This document shows positions 17,670 to 25,852 of a stretch of DNA of 64,000 bases, in pieces (within the stretch, counting starts at the first letter, position 1; the number at the start of each line of letters is the position of its first letter). Source of the stretch: a bacterium. Its GTDB lineage: Bacteria > Patescibacteriota > Minisyncoccia > Phycocordibacterales > JBBTRF01. Below the pieces are notes generated by a model. It saw only the letters and a program-made list of their open reading frames with translations, was not told where the DNA came from and ran no database searches. Location: positions 26,870 to 90,869 of the forward strand of contig JBAXTI010000002.1 of assembly GCA_037130265.1 (NCBI GenBank), given 5' to 3'. The position numbers and the translations under genes were made by a program.

Positions 17670-19405
17670 CGCACCTTTCGAATCGTGTACAAGCTACCGA
17701 GGTGTTCGGCTTGTAAGAATTCTCTCAGAGGATGTGGCTCTTGGGGTGTCCAGCGGTAGCGGCCTTCTGAATGGAAACAGGTTTGTTTCTCGAGTTCAGT
17801 TGCGTTACAAGGTCTTTCGTCATCTTGCGTGATGAGCCAGATTGTTTTTGTTCCGAGATTCGTCTCCGGTGAAGTAAGCTTTTTCATTATAGTACCGAGC
17901 TCTTCTTGGTTGTATGCGAGGTAGGTGAGCGGCTTAAAGGCGACCTGCTCCTTCACAACGCCTGGATGCTGCATCAAAAAATCGAAACGGCCCATGCTTT
18001 GACGTTTTGGATCAAGTATGAGCATGGATCGGTCGTTCACTGGCAAGGTCATACGCAGCGCTGACCAATGTTCGACGAAGGCAATGCTTGGATCGTTGTA
18101 TTTTTTCATCAGCGTTTCGAGGAGTAGTTTTTCAGTCGACGGTTTCCAGTACAAAGAGATGGATTGAGTACCGATCACGAGGAAGAGGGTCGAGGCTAGC
18201 ACGATACCGCTCCAGCGTATGCACACACCCTGTTCGGAGATCCGTGCATCGAGTAATTCTGCCAATACCGCGATTGAAAAGGCACAGGCGGTGGTGAAAA
18301 TGACACTATACCGTGGTGCTGATCCAAAACCGATGGCTATATGGAAGATCAGATATACAAAAATCGGATGAGTGCATGCAATGAGTAGATACAGTCGGTC
18401 CTTTTTTTGGTTGGTTGCGCTATCGTCGAATTTTTTCATCAAGAAATAAATACCGATTAGCGCCAGGACAATATAGAGGAAGACTAGCGGCTGGCTCTGG
18501 ACTGCGGTGATCGCCGGCTTGTAGATGCGCGAGAGCCAGTCAATATGAACATCATCGCTTTTGTAGGAAATATTCGAAAATGAGCCACTCATCCAATTCA
18601 TGAAGATCGCGCGATAGATGAAGGAGATCTGCGTTATGCCGGCCACGATCACCCAGTACCAGTATTTTTTTACGTGCCGCCAGAGGTCGGCGAAGGTGAA
18701 GTGTTTCAGTGCGAGCGCGTAGATGCCGATGAGACCGATCGAAGCGGCGCCGACATAATTTTGGCAGAATGCGAGCACACCCATCCAGAAGAGCAATGCT
18801 ACGTATCGGTCCTTCTTCATAAATGGCTGGCCGAGGTGGCTCTGGTGTGTCTGATAATACTGTTGGGCGATAAATAGCGCGCTCGCCACCGCCATCAGCA
18901 TGAGGTGCGTTACCCAGACCTTTGCGGTGTGGAGCATCTGTAGCAGTAATACGTCAGAAAGTAGGAGTATGGCAAACAACGAGAGGGTGAGACCGAGTGT
19001 TTGCGGAATTTGCTTCTTTCGAAAGAAGAAGATACTGCCTGCCAGTGCGAAAAGAGCGGTTGCGCCGTTGATGAGGCGTAAAAAATGCAGTAATTCGCCA
19101 GTGTGAAGGGCGATATACACTTTGGTTGTCAGGATAGAGAAGCCCGACTTCAATACGATAGCAGTGATTATTGGGAGGATGGCCAAGGTGTCGATGTAAG
19201 TTTGCACGCCACCATAATAGTTGCCCGAATAGGAGAATTCCCAGCCCGGGAGGGTGCCTTTTTGGATCGCCGAGAGCGAGCTTGTGAGAAAGTAACTCTC
19301 ATCGACGATGATGTCGGGGTTATTGCCGTAGGGATTTGGTGAGAGGGTTGTTACGACAATAAACATTGCCACCAGTGCGACAAGGGTATGTTGTATATTC
19401 TTCAT
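17666..19405 (-). CDS. Polytopic membrane protein, putative GT-C glycosyltransferase
   Basis: DE motif (VDESY) after the first TM segment and many further TM segments. Convergent with GT2-GtrA. Start ATG 19405 lies 6 nt after TGcTACAAT. Confidence 0.6.
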   Translation of the reverse strand: MKNIQHTLVALVAMFIVVTTLSPNPYGNNPDIIVDESYFLTSSLSAIQKGTLPGWEFSYSGNYYGGVQTYIDTLAILPIITAIVLKSGFSILTTKVYIALHTGELLHFLRLINGATALFALAGSIFFFRKKQIPQTLGLTLSLFAILLLSDVLLLQMLHTAKVWVTHLMLMAVASALFIAQQYYQTHQSHLGQPFMKKDRYVALLFWMGVLAFCQNYVGAASIGLIGIYALALKHFTFADLWRHVKKYWYWVIVAGITQISFIYRAIFMNWMSGSFSNISYKSDDVHIDWLSRIYKPAITAVQSQPLVFLYIVLALIGIYFLMKKFDDSATNQKKDRLYLLIACTHPIFVYLIFHIAIGFGSAPRYSVIFTTACAFSIAVLAELLDARISEQGVCIRWSGIVLASTLFLVIGTQSISLYWKPSTEKLLLETLMKKYNDPSIAFVEHWSALRMTLPVNDRSMLILDPKRQSMGRFDFLMQHPGVVKEQVAFKPLTYLAYNQEELGTIMKKLTSPETNLGTKTIWLITQDDERPCNATELEKQTCFHSEGRYRWTPQEPHPLREFLQAEHLGSLYTIRKVR

Positions 19406-19466
19406 TTCAGAATTGTAGCATGGCTGATATATGCACGGTGCCGCTCCAGTGTTGTATAATGCTTCA

Positions 19467-20102
19467 ATGCATACTGTGGCATGGAAAATCTGGCGCGGGC
19501 AGTCTCTGGCGAGGATCTTGATGAACCGAGCGTTGTCAGCATACACGATCACCGGAAGGGTGGTGGACATTGGCGGTGGACGTTCGCCGGATTATTTTGA
19601 GTATCTGAAAAAAGAAAAATTCACATCGATCGAGCTGGTAGACTTTTCTTTCTCAAGGATCGATTTCGAAAAGGATGCTCTACCATTTGCTGATGCGAGC
19701 GTCGATACAGTGCTCTGCATGAATACCCTTGAGCACGTCTACAATTATCGCTTTCTTACCGCCCAGATGTACCGCGTCCTTAAAAAAGACGGCAAGCTGA
19801 TCGGATTCGTGCCCTTTCTCATAAACTATCATCCCGACCCCCACGATTTTTTCAGGTATACCAAGGAATCCCTGACCAAGATATTTATTGAAGCTGGTTT
19901 TGCCGATATCTCGATTCGCTCTGTCGGTGGTGGGTCTTTTTTGGTGAACTACAATATGATCATGTTATCGCTGCCGAAGGTATTGCGCGTACTGATGTTC
20001 CCTTGTTATCTCATTCTCGACAGGCTTTTTTTGAAATTTAGGCCAAAGGCGGCTGAGCGCTATCCGCTCGGCTACGTCTTTGTCGCCACCACGCCAAAAT
20101 AG
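19467..20102 (+). CDS. Class I SAM-dependent methyltransferase (Methyltransf_11-like)
   Basis: Motifs VVDIGGG, LPFADASVDTVLCMNTLEHV, YRVLKKDG, HPDPHDFFRYT. Confidence 0.85.
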   Translation: MHTVAWKIWRGQSLARILMNRALSAYTITGRVVDIGGGRSPDYFEYLKKEKFTSIELVDFSFSRIDFEKDALPFADASVDTVLCMNTLEHVYNYRFLTAQMYRVLKKDGKLIGFVPFLINYHPDPHDFFRYTKESLTKIFIEAGFADISIRSVGGGSFLVNYNMIMLSLPKVLRVLMFPCYLILDRLFLKFRPKAAERYPLGYVFVATTPK

Positions 20103-20147
20103 TCCTGAGCCATCAATATTCGTTATTTTTCGTGTATGCTTAATGCT

Positions 20148-21077
20148 ATGTCCTCACAATTCTACCCAAGAATTTCCATCGTTACCGTATGTTTTAATCG
20201 TGCGCAGTATATCGCCGAAACCATCGAGTCGGTGCTTTCTCAGGGTTATCCCAATTTGGAATACATCGTTATCGATGATAATTCGACCGACGGGAGCTGG
20301 GAAGTCATTCAGAAATACAAAGACAAACTCGCATACATTGAGCAAATTCCTGGAAAGCGGGATACGCCAGTGGAGTCCCTCAACTATGGCCTTTCAAAAA
20401 CAACCGGCGAGATCATGGCCACGATAAATGATAAGAATATTTACATGCCAAAAAGCCTTTTTGCTGTGGCCGGAGTATTTTCGGCTTTCCCTCAAGTAGA
20501 ATGGCTTACGGGTGTGGGTCTCATTATAGACAAGGGCGGTATTATTACTAATATTATCCCGATACGGAAGGGTTTTTATGAGCATCTTATCAATCTGCCT
20601 TGGAACATCCAGCACGAGTCCACTTTTTGGAGGCGTTCACTCTGGAAACGTACCGGTTCTCAGTACGACCCAAAGTATTCCTGGGTCTTCGACATGGGAT
20701 TATGGCGAAAATTCTTTTTTGAGGCACCACTATATCATCTCAATACGGTGGTGGGAGCCTATCGAAAGTTGCCTTCGGCTCGTACAACACTGAACAAGGA
20801 AGAATTCTATCATTACTGTGCTCTTGCACGCCAAGACATGCGCACGCAAGCAAAAAAAACAGATCTCGCATATGCAGAATTGTATCGAGCACTTAGATAT
20901 TTCAAGCCAATCTTGCGAAACATTCCCGACGCTGTATACGCAAGAATTCCTTTTTTAAAAAAAATGTCACACGATTCGATTGCCTTTCAAAACGTTACAA
21001 TTGATGACTTCGGTCCGGGCCACTTAAGGTTCCGTCGGTACAAAAGAAACCCATTCCGCACCATGTTTCCATGGTAA
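20148..21077 (+). CDS. GT2 glycosyltransferase
   Basis: PRISIVTVCFNRAQYIAETIESVLSQGYPNLEYIVIDDNSTDGS and HESTFWRRSLW. Confidence 0.88.
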   Translation: MSSQFYPRISIVTVCFNRAQYIAETIESVLSQGYPNLEYIVIDDNSTDGSWEVIQKYKDKLAYIEQIPGKRDTPVESLNYGLSKTTGEIMATINDKNIYMPKSLFAVAGVFSAFPQVEWLTGVGLIIDKGGIITNIIPIRKGFYEHLINLPWNIQHESTFWRRSLWKRTGSQYDPKYSWVFDMGLWRKFFFEAPLYHLNTVVGAYRKLPSARTTLNKEEFYHYCALARQDMRTQAKKTDLAYAELYRALRYFKPILRNIPDAVYARIPFLKKMSHDSIAFQNVTIDDFGPGHLRFRRYKRNPFRTMFPW

Positions 21078-21089
21078 TTGCCTAGTATA

Positions 21090-22115
21090 TTAATAGAGCA
21101 TGATGGTCAGGTATTTGTTGGGGAAGTATGTTTTTTTGTTGAGATAGTAGTTCCAGTCCATTACCTCATTTTTTGCAATAACGTGTGGAATATCACCGTA
21201 GTAAGCCGCAAAATGGCTTAATGTACTGTCTGAGCCAATTACCGCATTGCACGAAGCCAGTGTAAAAAGGTCGGTGACAACATCATTCTTGCTCACGGTT
21301 ACATTGAGTTCGTAAAACAGCGAAAGGTCAACGGGTCCGTCCGAGGCGACGACGAATCCGACCTCCTGAGCACTCTTTCCGTAGTTCCGTAAATATTCTC
21401 TGAGGATTTCGACAAATCTCACCTGATCAACGAAATATTTTCCGTTCTTGAAGGTCTTGTAGTCGCTCTGACGGATGTGAACGCCTACGACGTGCGCGTA
21501 TTTTGAACGCAAAGGTTCAAGTAGGCTATCGACTTTTTTAGAAATACTCATCGTTGGGGCAATTATCCCCACTATTTTATGGTGATGCTTCCGTATACCG
21601 TCAGGATTACGAAATACACCACCATTTATCGCAGAAAAAAAAAGTATATCCTTATTCGAACCCTCCATTTTTTCAAGCAGATCGATTTTTTTAGAAGTTG
21701 CAACTGTCGGTGGTAGGTAATAGGGGTCAGTTGAACTTTCGTTCGAGTACACGATTGAATTTTTTCGAAAAAAAGTGATTGGCCTAACTACCACAGTTTT
21801 GTATCCGGTTCGCCAAAGACGGACGAACAATGATCCTTTTCTAAAATTTCTCAATCCAATTCGACGAAATGGCACGGAGAAAAAACGAAGTGTCCAGTTT
21901 TTAGAACAGAAGCCGTGAAAAGATGAAGTATGCTCAAAGAAAGAGTAATTTATACAAGGGTAATTTCGTTCAATGGCGTATGCTAAAATACTAATGTAAT
22001 TCCAGAGCTGGTTGGCTAACTCCCCGCCGTCGTGTTGGAGAATAATGACTCTCTTCAAATTCTTTTGCCTCATTTCGCTCTTCCCAACTAGCCACTTCAA
22101 AGGATTTTTAGACAT
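21090..22115 (-). CDS. GT11-like (alpha-1,2-fucosyltransferase-like) glycosyltransferase
   Basis: Motifs GGELANQL, VGVHIRQSDY, VASD, DLFTLASC...SDSTLS. Start at ATG 22115. Confidence 0.7.
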   Translation of the reverse strand: MSKNPLKWLVGKSEMRQKNLKRVIILQHDGGELANQLWNYISILAYAIERNYPCINYSFFEHTSSFHGFCSKNWTLRFFSVPFRRIGLRNFRKGSLFVRLWRTGYKTVVVRPITFFRKNSIVYSNESSTDPYYLPPTVATSKKIDLLEKMEGSNKDILFFSAINGGVFRNPDGIRKHHHKIVGIIAPTMSISKKVDSLLEPLRSKYAHVVGVHIRQSDYKTFKNGKYFVDQVRFVEILREYLRNYGKSAQEVGFVVASDGPVDLSLFYELNVTVSKNDVVTDLFTLASCNAVIGSDSTLSHFAAYYGDIPHVIAKNEVMDWNYYLNKKTYFPNKYLTIMLY

Positions 22116-22211
22116 ATCCAAAAAGTATAAGGTGTATGGTCGGGTTTGTAAAATATTAAGCTCGGACTGAAAAGGTGGCACCTTCGGCTTCGGTGCGGTA
22201 TAGTTATGCGC

Positions 22212-24488
22212 ATGAATACTGAATATATTGCAAAATGGGTGGCGCGCATTGGCGTGTTCCTGCTCTTGGTGGTTCCGTTTGTTGTGGCCGACGGCAGTCT
22301 TTTTCCCAACTCATTCTTCCCGTTTATTACCGGCAAGGCATTCGTCTTCCGTATCCTTACGGAGATTATTTTGGCAGCGTGGCTCGTCCTCGCCTTTGTA
22401 GATGAACATTATCGCCCTCGCTCATCCTGGATCGCTCGGGCGGTTGGCATCTTCCTCCTTGTAATGTTTATTGCCGACCTCGGCAGTGCCAATCCATTTA
22501 AGAGTTTTTGGTCTAACTTCGAGCGCATGGAGGGTTTTGTTACCTTAGCGCACCTCGGCGCTCTTTTTCTTGCGGCCGGCTCGCTTTTGAAGACTGAAGC
22601 ACTGTGGAATCGTTTTTGGCAGAGCTCTTTGGTGGCGAGCGTGCTGATGGCGGCATACGGTTTCTTCCAGCTCGCTGGTTGGGCGGCGATCCATCAGGGG
22701 AGTACACGTCTTGATGCGGCACTTGGCAACTCTGCGTACCTCGCGGTGTACATGATCTTCCACGTCTTTATTGCGATTTTCCTCTTGCTTCGATACGTAA
22801 AAAAGTATGCAGGCACTACGCAGTGGTCGGCATGGTTGCCTTCTTTGTACGGCGTCGTAGCCCTGATTGATTTTATTGTTTTGTACTATACGGCAACACG
22901 AGGAGCTTTAATCGGTGTTGTCGCCGGCGTTCTTGTGATCGCTCTTGGATTGACCTTGGGGACTTTCTTTTCCTCGACATTGTCCGACAAAGAGCAGGTG
23001 TTGTTGCGAAAAATCGGTGGAAGCATTTTGATTGTTGTCCTACTCGGTATTGGCGCACTCTTTCTTGGTAAGAACAGCGACTTTGTGAAAAAGAGCGAGG
23101 TACTTTCTCGATTTAGTAATCTCGCTACTTTCAAAGTTGCGTCAATTGCTGAAGGCGAAGGGAAGTCCCGTTTCAATATCTGGTCAATGGCATTAGATGG
23201 GGTAAAAGAGCGACCGATCCTTGGTTGGGGACAGGAAAGTTTCAATTATCTCTTCTACAAGTACTACTCACCAGAGATGTACGACCAGGAGCCGTGGTTT
23301 GATCGCGCACACAACGTGTTTCTCGACTGGCTTGTGGCCGGTGGTTTTCTTGGCCTGCTTTCATACCTGTCGATTTTCGCAGCACTCATTGTATTGGTCT
23401 GGAAAAAACACATGCCATTCAGTTTGCCAGAGCGTCTCACTCTCATGGCATTGGTGGTTGCGTATTTTGTCCACAATATCTTCGTGTTCGATCAGCTCGT
23501 GAGTTATCTCTACTTCTTCCTTGTTCTCGCGTACATTCATGCGCTGTATCATCACACCCGCGAAGGGCAGGGTACGACCAAGATGGGTGAGTGGTGGAAG
23601 TCTCATCAAAAAACCCTTCAGGAAGGCGGTACCCCTATCGTTCTTGTGCTGTTTGTCGTGGTCGTGTGGTCGGTAAATTGGAGTGGTTTCGTGCAGGCGA
23701 CTGGCTTGATCGATGCTTTGACCCCACAGAAAGAAGGCTTGGCGAAAAATATCGGGATCTTCAAGGATCTGCTCGATCGACGCACTATGGGATTGTACGA
23801 GACACGCGAGCGTTTGGCGGAAGTGGCGGTGCAGATGAGTCGGGCCAATGTTGACCAGACACAAAAGACGGAGATCTTCAACCTTGCGTATGCTGAACTG
23901 AAAAAGCAGACCGAAGAGATTCCAACTGATGTTCGATATCTGTATTTCATCTCGTCGTTCCTGTCTTCGTATCAGCGATATTCCGAGGCGTTGCCGTATG
24001 CGATGAAGGCGGTGGAGTTGTCGCCAAAGAAGCAAATGCTCCTCATGAATCTCGGCAGCATTTATTTGAACATTGGCCAGGTGAAGGAAGCGTCGGCAGC
24101 ATACAAGACTGCATTTGATCTTGAGCCGAAGTATGAAGAGGCGCGATTGTCGTATGCGTTGTCTGCGGTATATGCGGGCGATGAAGTGCTGCAAAAACAG
24201 CTTCTCCAGTCGGTGTACGGAACAACCTTGATGAGCGATCAGCGATTCTTGCAGGCATATATCAATACAAAACAGCCGCAGAAAGCGATTCATGCTTTGA
24301 GTGCCTTGGTGGCGTCTACGGTTCCGGACGATATTCAACTTCGTCTGAAGTTGGCGTCGCTGTATCTGCAGATTGGAGACAAGGCGGGGGCGATAGCTCA
24401 GGTGAAAAAGGCTGGTGAGCTCCATCCGGAATTTGCTCAGGAGGTGCCAGGGTATCTGAAGGAGATTGCGAACTACAAAGGGAATTGA
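22212..24488 (+). CDS. O-antigen ligase / O-oligosaccharyltransferase-like membrane protein with C-terminal TPRs
   Basis: Wzy_C-like motifs LGNSAY, TATRGA, SRFNIW, RPILGWG, DRAHNVFLD. TPR-like helical C-terminus. Confidence 0.85.
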   Translation: MNTEYIAKWVARIGVFLLLVVPFVVADGSLFPNSFFPFITGKAFVFRILTEIILAAWLVLAFVDEHYRPRSSWIARAVGIFLLVMFIADLGSANPFKSFWSNFERMEGFVTLAHLGALFLAAGSLLKTEALWNRFWQSSLVASVLMAAYGFFQLAGWAAIHQGSTRLDAALGNSAYLAVYMIFHVFIAIFLLLRYVKKYAGTTQWSAWLPSLYGVVALIDFIVLYYTATRGALIGVVAGVLVIALGLTLGTFFSSTLSDKEQVLLRKIGGSILIVVLLGIGALFLGKNSDFVKKSEVLSRFSNLATFKVASIAEGEGKSRFNIWSMALDGVKERPILGWGQESFNYLFYKYYSPEMYDQEPWFDRAHNVFLDWLVAGGFLGLLSYLSIFAALIVLVWKKHMPFSLPERLTLMALVVAYFVHNIFVFDQLVSYLYFFLVLAYIHALYHHTREGQGTTKMGEWWKSHQKTLQEGGTPIVLVLFVVVVWSVNWSGFVQATGLIDALTPQKEGLAKNIGIFKDLLDRRTMGLYETRERLAEVAVQMSRANVDQTQKTEIFNLAYAELKKQTEEIPTDVRYLYFISSFLSSYQRYSEALPYAMKAVELSPKKQMLLMNLGSIYLNIGQVKEASAAYKTAFDLEPKYEEARLSYALSAVYAGDEVLQKQLLQSVYGTTLMSDQRFLQAYINTKQPQKAIHALSALVASTVPDDIQLRLKLASLYLQIGDKAGAIAQVKKAGELHPEFAQEVPGYLKEIANYKGN

Positions 24489-24540
24489 TAGAATAGGTAG
24501 GTGAGTGACTGACAACCTGTTGGACACCCAAAAAATGTAT

Positions 24541-24576
24541 ACGTGAGCCCCCGCCTTGGCGGGGTTTCGCGTTTTT
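24541..24576 (+). terminator. Intrinsic terminator, possibly bidirectional
   Basis: CCCCGC-CTTG-GCGGGG hairpin extended by ACGTGAG/TTCGCGT, followed by TTTT. An A-run lies upstream. Confidence 0.65.
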
Positions 24577-24580
24577 GGCC

Positions 24581-24752
24581 GGCGCGGTATGATAGTGGGA
24601 CGAGCGATACGGAGAGCTCGCCAAGGGACCTTTTGAGGTCCGTTGTGTCCGGCGATGGTGAGCGGCTGCACTCACATAATACATTACATTGGAGCCGACT
24701 CCGCTCACCATCACTCGACGCAATGCCGACCATCGACACCGCCTTTTGTTTT
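24581..24752. ncRNA. Putative structured non-coding RNA, family unassigned
   Basis: Two small hairpins plus a long stem with a perfect 12-bp inverted repeat (24654-24665 / 24701-24712), in a 286-bp intergenic gap. Confidence 0.4.
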
Positions 24753-24774
24753 CCAACGCAATATATTTCCTGAC

Positions 24775-25830
24775 ATGATTGTTATCAAAAAAAATGTGCC
24801 ACTGGCCAGCCTGACAACATTCCGCGTCGGCGGGGAAGCCGCGTTTTTTTGCGAGGTGCGCACGACGGCGGAATTGGCGGAGGCGGCTGCTTTGTTTGCA
24901 AAAAATCGAGAACAATATCGAACATTTTATATTCTCGGCGAAGGTTCGAATACGCTGGTGTCTGATGGGGGGTATTCTGGCTTGGCGGTGCGCGTGTTGA
25001 TCAAGGGGGTGAAGTGGAAAGAAATCGTCGATGCCGCTGCGTGCGACAAAGTGGAGGTGGTGTCTGGTGCAGGCGAGCATTGGGATGATCTTGTCGGACT
25101 CGCGGTGGGCAAGGGGTACTATGGATTGGAAAATCTTTCCGGTATTCCTGGTACGGTCGGTGCGTCGCCTGTGCAGAATATCGGTGCATATGGTGCCGAG
25201 GTGAAAGACACCATTTCTTTTGTTGAAGCATTTCATTTTGAAACCGGCGAGACTCGCATGTTTACTCCAGAGGAGTGTTGTTTTGGATATCGAAGTAGTT
25301 TTTTCAAAAGTGTAGAAGGAAAAAAATGGGTGATCACGAAGGTTGGTTTTTTGCTCGACAAAAAAGGTAGGGTCAATATTGGCTACAAGGATCTGAAAGC
25401 GCGTTTTGCGGAGCGATATTCGAGTCAGGTGTCTCTTACTGAGGTGCGTGAAGCGGTGTTGGAGATTCGAAAGAATAAATTGCCGGATATTTCGCTACTT
25501 GGGACGGCCGGATCGTTTTTCAAGAACCCGATCATCCGTGCGGAATTGTACAAGGAGCTGCTGGAGGAATATCCAAGTATGCCAGGGTTCGCGGAGAGCG
25601 ATGGGCGAGTGAAAGTGCCGTTGGCGTGGGTGCTCGACAATGTGTGCGGGTTGAAAGGGTGGAAAGGTGACAACGGTCAAGTCGGTCTGTACGAGAAGCA
25701 GCCGCTCGCGCTGGTGAATTTTGGCGGCGCGACGGCTCAGGAAGTGTCCGACGCAGCTGAAATGGTCGCGGCGAAGGTGAAAGATATGACAGGGATTGAG
25801 GTGGAATGGGAAGTGCAAAAGCTCGGCTAG
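24775..25830 (+). CDS. murB: UDP-N-acetylmuramate dehydrogenase
   Basis: Motifs TTFRVGG, LGEGSN, GLENLSGIPGTVGASPVQNIGAYG, FGYRSS, AGSFFKNP, LEWE-like IEVEWEV. Confidence 0.95.
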   Translation: MIVIKKNVPLASLTTFRVGGEAAFFCEVRTTAELAEAAALFAKNREQYRTFYILGEGSNTLVSDGGYSGLAVRVLIKGVKWKEIVDAAACDKVEVVSGAGEHWDDLVGLAVGKGYYGLENLSGIPGTVGASPVQNIGAYGAEVKDTISFVEAFHFETGETRMFTPEECCFGYRSSFFKSVEGKKWVITKVGFLLDKKGRVNIGYKDLKARFAERYSSQVSLTEVREAVLEIRKNKLPDISLLGTAGSFFKNPIIRAELYKELLEEYPSMPGFAESDGRVKVPLAWVLDNVCGLKGWKGDNGQVGLYEKQPLALVNFGGATAQEVSDAAEMVAAKVKDMTGIEVEWEVQKLG

Positions 25831-25852
25831 GTATGCTACTATTGTCCGACCA

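Noticed and set aside
23361-24671. 436-aa minus-strand ORF, and many other long antisense ORFs (e.g. 24316..25236, most of 33015..33932, 49463..50194)
   Set aside because: They are shadows of well-supported genes on the opposite strand and have no recognisable motifs.
24651-24712. GGCGATGGTG resembles the start of a fluoride riboswitch; the overall shape recalls SRP RNA
   Set aside because: The fluoride P1 and pseudoknot partners are missing, and the SRP helix-8 CAGG/GNRA/AGCAG motif is absent.
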